Source: a plasmid | Strand: one strand, 5' to 3' | Length of the DNA stretch: 64,000 nt | Sequence record: CP088595.1 | Part shown: positions 58,164-64,000 of the stretch, piece after piece | Numbering within the stretch: the stretch's first letter is position 1 | How the letters are laid out: the number at the start of each line of letters is the position of its first letter | The notes under the pieces: model-generated | What the model was told of the DNA's origin: nothing | The model's input: only the letters and a program-made list of their open reading frames with translations | Database searches by the model: none | Program-made: the position numbers and the translations under genes

Positions 58164-58597
58164 GTACCGTTTATCACCGTCCGGCTGACCCTTCAGGCGA
58201 TGACAGTTACGTGCGACCGTTGTTTGCCGATCGTTGCCAGGCCGGTTTTCCTTCGCCTGCCACTGATTATGCTGAGCAGGAACTGGATCTGAACAGCTAT
58301 TGCATCAGCAGACCTGCAGCCACCTTCTTTCTGCGCGCCAGCGGTGAATCGATGAACCAGGCTGGCGTGCAGAATGGTGATCTGCTGGTAGTGGACAGGG
58401 CCGAAAAACCACAACACGGGGACATCGTTATCGCTGAGATCGACGGTGAGTTCACCGTCAAACGACTGCTGTTGCGCCCACGCCCGGCACTGGAGCCGGT
58501 TTCAGACAGCCCGGAGTTCCGCACACTGTATCCGGAAAACATCTGTATTTTTGGTGTTGTCACTCACGTGATACACAGGACGCGGGAGTTACGCTGA
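58160..58597 (+). CDS. impA: ImpA, UmuD-like S24 peptidase (145 aa)
   Basis: GESMNQAG...GDLLVVDRA...FTVKRL, the LexA/UmuD fold. Confidence 0.8.
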   Translation: MSTVYHRPADPSGDDSYVRPLFADRCQAGFPSPATDYAEQELDLNSYCISRPAATFFLRASGESMNQAGVQNGDLLVVDRAEKPQHGDIVIAEIDGEFTVKRLLLRPRPALEPVSDSPEFRTLYPENICIFGVVTHVIHRTRELR

Positions 58598-59868
58598 TGT
58601 TTGCACTGGCTGATATCAACAGTTTCTACGCCTCATGTGAAAAAGTTTTCCGCCCGGACCTTCGCAACGAACCGGTCATCGTACTCAGCAATAACGATGG
58701 CTGTGTGATCGCGCGCAGCCCGGAGGCAAAAGCCCTTGGCATCAAAATGGGGCAGCCCTGGTTTCAGGTGAGACAGATGCGCCTGGAGAAGAAAATACAT
58801 GTATTTTCCAGCAATTATGCGCTGTACCACAGCATGAGCCAACGGGTCATGGCTGTTCTGGAGTCGCTTTCTCCCGCAGTTGAGCCCTACTCAATTGATG
58901 AAATGTTTATTGATTTGCGGGGGATAAATCATTGCATCTCTCCGGATTTTTTTGGTCATCAGCTCAGGGAACAGGTAAAGAGCTGGACAGGACTCACCAT
59001 GGGGGTGGGCATTGCGCCTACAAAAACGCTGGCTAAAAGTGCACAGTGGGCAACAAAGCAATGGCCACAGTTTTCCGGAGTGGTCGCGCTGACGGCAGAA
59101 AACCGTAATCGGACCTTGAAGCTACTGGGGCTGCAGCCAGTTGGTGAGGTCTGGGGAGTAGGACGCAGACTGACGGAAAAGCTGAATGCGCTGGGTATTA
59201 ACACAGCACTGCAGCTGGCGCAGGCTAACACGGCATTCATCCGGAAAAACTTCAGCGTCATTCTTGAGCGTACGGTACGCGAACTCAACGGCGAGTCCTG
59301 CATATCCCTGGAAGAAGCACCACCGGCAAAACAGCAGATTGTCTGTAGTCGCAGTTTTGGTGAACGAATCACAGACAAAGATGCCATGCACCAGGCTGTT
59401 GTTCAGTATGCAGAGCGGGCCGCAGAGAAACTACGTGGGGAGCGTCAGTATTGCCGGCAGGTGACGACATTTGTACGGACATCCCCCTTTGCAGTAAAAG
59501 AACCCTGTTACAGCAATGCCGCTGTGGAAAAGCTTCCATTGCCCACACAGGACAGCCGGGACATTATTGCCGCCGCATGCAGAGCCTTAAACCATGTCTG
59601 GCGTGAAGGGTACCGCTATATGAAGGCAGGAGTCATGCTGGCTGATTTCACACCATCGGGTATAGCACAGCCGGGATTATTTGATGAAATCCAGCCCCGT
59701 AAAAACAGTGAAAAGTTAATGAAAACACTCGATGAACTGAACCAGTCGGGAAAAGGGACAGTGTGGTTTGCGGGGCGAGGAACCGCCCCTGAGTGGCAAA
59801 TGAAACGGGAAATGCTTTCTCCTGCGTATACCACCAGATGGACAGATTTGCCAGTAGCCCAGTTATGA
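58597..59868 (+). CDS. impB: ImpB, UmuC-like Y-family polymerase (423 aa)
   Basis: N-terminus MFALADINSFYASCE. Confidence 0.85.
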   Translation: MFALADINSFYASCEKVFRPDLRNEPVIVLSNNDGCVIARSPEAKALGIKMGQPWFQVRQMRLEKKIHVFSSNYALYHSMSQRVMAVLESLSPAVEPYSIDEMFIDLRGINHCISPDFFGHQLREQVKSWTGLTMGVGIAPTKTLAKSAQWATKQWPQFSGVVALTAENRNRTLKLLGLQPVGEVWGVGRRLTEKLNALGINTALQLAQANTAFIRKNFSVILERTVRELNGESCISLEEAPPAKQQIVCSRSFGERITDKDAMHQAVVQYAERAAEKLRGERQYCRQVTTFVRTSPFAVKEPCYSNAAVEKLPLPTQDSRDIIAAACRALNHVWREGYRYMKAGVMLADFTPSGIAQPGLFDEIQPRKNSEKLMKTLDELNQSGKGTVWFAGRGTAPEWQMKREMLSPAYTTRWTDLPVAQL

Positions 59869-59889
59869 ATATGTAATCCACCCATAATA

Positions 59890-59931
59890 TTGTTATCTTG
59901 TTATCTTGTTATCTTGTTATCTTGTTATCTT
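59890..59931. repeat. Five tandem TTGTTATC iterons
   Basis: Read directly. Confidence 0.8.
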
Positions 59932-60055
59932 AATTAATCTATAAATCAAATACTTAACAGCTTGTTAAGTTGTTAACATAACAAAAATAATTGCATGGTT
60001 CGCGTTCAGATGGCAATATTAAGTTGTTAACTTAACAGCTTAATATGAGGCTATA

Positions 60056-60682
60056 ATGATAATAGTATTAGGTAGTCAAAAGGGTGGGGTAGGTAAAAGT
60101 ACACTGGCGGTATCTATAGCTGCGTATCTGATGTCACTAGGCAATAGAGTGATTATTGTCGACGCAGATGACCAGAAATCAGTATTAACCTGGTACAACA
60201 ATCGCCCTGAAGATCTCCCTCATATTCCGGTTACAGGCGCGACAGGTAACATCAAAGCCATGTTAAAGGAACACGAAAAATCCTATGATTTTGTTATTGC
60301 AGACTGTGCTGGCCGTGATAGCGCAGAAATGCGTAGTGGATTGATGGCCGCAGATGTATTCATTTCTCCTTTGCGCCCATCTCAGATGGACCTGGATGTT
60401 GTGCCTCATACATGCTCCGTTTTTACAGCAGCAAAAGATTTTAATGAGGATGTTCGGGGATATCTCGTTTTAAACATGACGCCCACAAATATGTTTGTTA
60501 ATGAAGCCAATGAGGCAGCTGAAGTACTTAAGGATTACCCTGAAATGCATCTGGCAAACTCCCGGGTATGTGATCGTAAAGCACATCGAGATGCTTGGGC
60601 CGAATCAATGACAATTTTTGAAACGCAAAATGATAAAGCCCAGCAAGAAATCGAAGCGTTAGTGAAAGAGGTTATTCTGTGA
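60056..60682 (+). CDS. Small ParA/ParF-type Walker partition ATPase (208 aa)
   Basis: Deviant Walker A GSQKGGVGKST. Confidence 0.8.
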   Translation: MIIVLGSQKGGVGKSTLAVSIAAYLMSLGNRVIIVDADDQKSVLTWYNNRPEDLPHIPVTGATGNIKAMLKEHEKSYDFVIADCAGRDSAEMRSGLMAADVFISPLRPSQMDLDVVPHTCSVFTAAKDFNEDVRGYLVLNMTPTNMFVNEANEAAEVLKDYPEMHLANSRVCDRKAHRDAWAESMTIFETQNDKAQQEIEALVKEVIL

Positions 60683-60981
60683 GAAATAGAGCAAACACTT
60701 CACCTCGTGACGAGGCAGCATTTATTAACGGTGGCACGGCTGGCCTTGATAATACCAAAAAGTCATCAGATAAATCATCGGTTGTAAGCAAAGCAAAACC
60801 AGTGAGTATTTCTTTTTTTGAAGAAAACCTAAAAGACATTGATGCCCTTATAACGGCTGAGATGGTTTCAGGTAAAGGCAGAGTGAATCGTTCTGATGTT
60901 GTCAGGGCGGCGGTAGAAGCACTTAAAACACTATCAAAAACAGAGGTATCACGATTGATAGCAGAAGTAAAACAAAGATAA
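60679..60981 (+). CDS. ParG-like RHH centromere-binding protein (100 aa)
   Basis: Coupled to the ParA-like gene. C-terminal RHH-like RVNRSDVVRAAVEAL. Confidence 0.55.
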   Translation: MRNRANTSPRDEAAFINGGTAGLDNTKKSSDKSSVVSKAKPVSISFFEENLKDIDALITAEMVSGKGRVNRSDVVRAAVEALKTLSKTEVSRLIAEVKQR

Positions 60982-60989
60982 CACCTTAC

Positions 60990-61036
60990 TATCTTGTTAT
61001 CTTGTTATCTTGTTATCTTGTTATCTTGTTATCTTC
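60990..61036. repeat. Second array of TTGTTATC iterons (5-6 copies)
   Basis: Read directly. Confidence 0.8.
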
Positions 61037-61230
61037 AATGTATTTTAGGATGACCTATGTTGAATAGAACCTAAAACAAAACAAATATTAATAGGGGTCC
61101 GCTTGGAAAAGCGGAAATTTTCCCACGCTAAGAGAATTGAGTTGAACGAGTGGTTACATCCAGGCCAGCTAACTCACTGAACCCCGTACAGGATCAGACA
61201 TTCGGTATCTCCTTCATCCTCTGAGGAAAA

Positions 61231-62403
<1,173 letters not shown>

Positions 62404-63058
62404 CTATAAAAATAGGCGTATCACGAGGCCTGTGGGAGGAAAATAAAGTGTCATCCTAACTACAGGACCCTGCAACGTAGCAATTCCTGCAAAAATCCAT
62501 TTAAAACAATGACTTATTTCAATTCTGCCATCTGCAAGCGTTTTGTGGGGATGGAGGCCGGAATCATTAAAGTATCATCCTAATTTTCGCTCAACCTTGG
62601 AAAATGCTGAGAATCGTAAAAATAAAGTTTCATCCTTTCCGCTACTAGTTCAAGGCTTTCTTCCGGCCGCCGGCAACAACGCTGCTTGGCTGAGGCGATC
62701 CACTTGCGCTACCGCTCACTGATCAGATCGAACTTGAACTCGACGAGCAGCCAACCATCAGGCCGAGCGTGATCGCCAAAAAAAACGGATCATGCGAAAT
62801 CCTTCGTTGAGTTTGGCGCGGGTTTTAGCAAATCAGCTGGCCCGCGATCCGGTTGAGAGTGATCCGAAGCGGTCCTTGACGACCGGCACAAATCGGCCGA
62901 TTCTGTTGAAAAAGTAGCTTTAGCGGCAGCCTGCCGATCAGGTGTGCCTGCTGTCGAAGTGGCTGCAAGCCACTTCAAGTTGCCTTCCGGCGTTTCACTG
63001 AGCGTCCTTGCTCAGGTTTAAGGGTTAATTTGAGGGTTTCTGCTCGTAGCAGGCATAC

Positions 63059-64000
63059 CTATCCCGTCAGCGGTGGCCCTTGAGGCAAAAGCTTGGCCAT
63101 GCGGCGCAGGTTCTGCACCATCGCAGCCAAGGTGAATTCGTCAGTGGCACCCGTTAGGCCACGCAGTCGTAAACGGTCGAGTTTCATGATCCGTTTGAGG
63201 TGGGCGAAAAGCATCTCCACCTTCTTTCGTTCGCAGCGAGAGACGAGGTACTCCGGTGTCTTGGCGATGCGTCGAGCCACGTCGCGGGCAGCCTCATGGA
63301 TGCTGCGGACGATCTTCCGATTCGGCGTGTTGGGGCAGCATTTCGCTTTCAACGGGCAGGTGGCGCAGTCGGTTTGGCTGGAGCGGTAAATGACGGTTTT
63401 GGCCTTAGTTACCCGCGACCTTTGCTGGGTGAAGGCGCGCCATTCACTGCGTAGCGGTTTGCCGGCTGGGCAGCGATATTCATTGGCGTCCTGACTCCAG
63501 TGAAAGTCGTTACTGGAGAGGCTGTCGTCCTTGCGCTCGGTCTTGTCCCACACCGGCACATGCGGTTCGATGTCCTTTTCTTCGACCATCCAGGCCAGCA
63601 TCGGGGCGGTGCCATAAGCGGTATCGCCGATAAGGCGTTCCGGTGTGAGATCGAACTGCGCCTCGACACGCTCGACCATCGTCCTAGTCGAATCGACTTC
63701 GGCGGTACGGTGCGCCGGGGTAGCTTCCACGTCCATGATCACACCGTGCTCAGTGTCGATCAGGTAATTCGTGGAGTAGGCAAAAAAGGCCGGGCCACCT
63801 GGCGCTGCTGTCCAACGGGACTGAGGATCAGTGAGCGAAATTTTCTTGGGAAGAGCCTCAGCCAGCGCCTCTTCATCAAGGGCTTCGAGGTACTCGCGCA
63901 CTGCGCGGCTGCTGAGCTTTGGATCGTTCCAATCGACCTCATCTCCCGCCACCCCACGTTGCCGGCTGGCATCCGCCTTAATGATGCTGGCGTCGACGGC
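63059..64000 (-). CDS. IS4/IS5-superfamily DDE transposase, N-terminally truncated by the window edge
   Basis: Transposase-like ORF running out of the window. Family call is approximate. Confidence 0.5.
   Translation of the reverse strand, partial: AVDASIIKADASRQRGVAGDEVDWNDPKLSSRAVREYLEALDEEALAEALPKKISLTDPQSRWTAAPGGPAFFAYSTNYLIDTEHGVIMDVEATPAHRTAEVDSTRTMVERVEAQFDLTPERLIGDTAYGTAPMLAWMVEEKDIEPHVPVWDKTERKDDSLSSNDFHWSQDANEYRCPAGKPLRSEWRAFTQQRSRVTKAKTVIYRSSQTDCATCPLKAKCCPNTPNRKIVRSIHEAARDVARRIAKTPEYLVSRCERKKVEMLFAHLKRIMKLDRLRLRGLTGATDEFTLAAMVQNLRRMAKLLPQGPPLTG

Noticed and set aside
59890-61036. Possible CRISPR array (TTGTTATC repeats)
   Set aside because: The units are 8 bp and directly tandem with no spacers, so these are iterons, not CRISPR.
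62790-62978. 62-aa minus-strand ORF between the bla remnant and the transposase
   Set aside because: No RBS. It lies in the non-coding subterminal part of the mobile element.

Overview
The window reads as a near-complete transfer and leading region of an IncI1 (R64/ColIb-P9-type) conjugative plasmid. Gene order and several product lengths match the R64 pattern recalled from memory: TraJ 382 aa, SogL 1255 aa, TraU 1014 aa, TraY 745 aa, ExcA 220 aa, TrbC 763 aa, NikB 899 aa and NikA 110 aa. No database search was possible, so names beyond family level are inferred from order, size and motifs.

Layout, left to right:
- 1-773: the right end of the PilV shufflon, with 19-bp sfx repeats and convergent PilV tail ORFs.
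- 825-1979: rci.
- 2130-26998: the type IVB (I-type) conjugation genes traE-traK, nuc, sogL/S, traL-traY and excA, all on the plus strand.
- 27000-30690: an AT-rich accessory island between excA and trbA. It carries orphan ORFs, and a 363-aa orphan flanked by ~170-bp direct repeats. This is the most likely site of something undescribed.
- 30696-35277: trbA, trbB and trbC (the coupling protein).
- 35314-38460: nikB and nikA (minus strand) and oriT.
- 38500-57600: a long leading region in which almost every gene is on the minus strand. It contains five large GC-rich structured repeats in two families, interpreted as single-strand (Frpo/ssi-type) promoters, upstream of ssb, ardA, an ArdB/KlcA-like gene and two orphans. 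It also contains psiB-psiA, a ParB-like nuclease, an orphan DPPY methyltransferase, and an Rpn (YhgA-like) nuclease module with a stand-alone Rpn C-terminal mini-gene and a coupled Cys-rich ORF. The window then continues through a parMR-like partition pair, impCAB with an SOS box, a ParA/ParG-like pair with iteron arrays on both sides, a Tn3 remnant carrying blaTEM-1, and a partial IS5-family transposase at the window edge.

No rRNA, tRNA or CRISPR array was seen.
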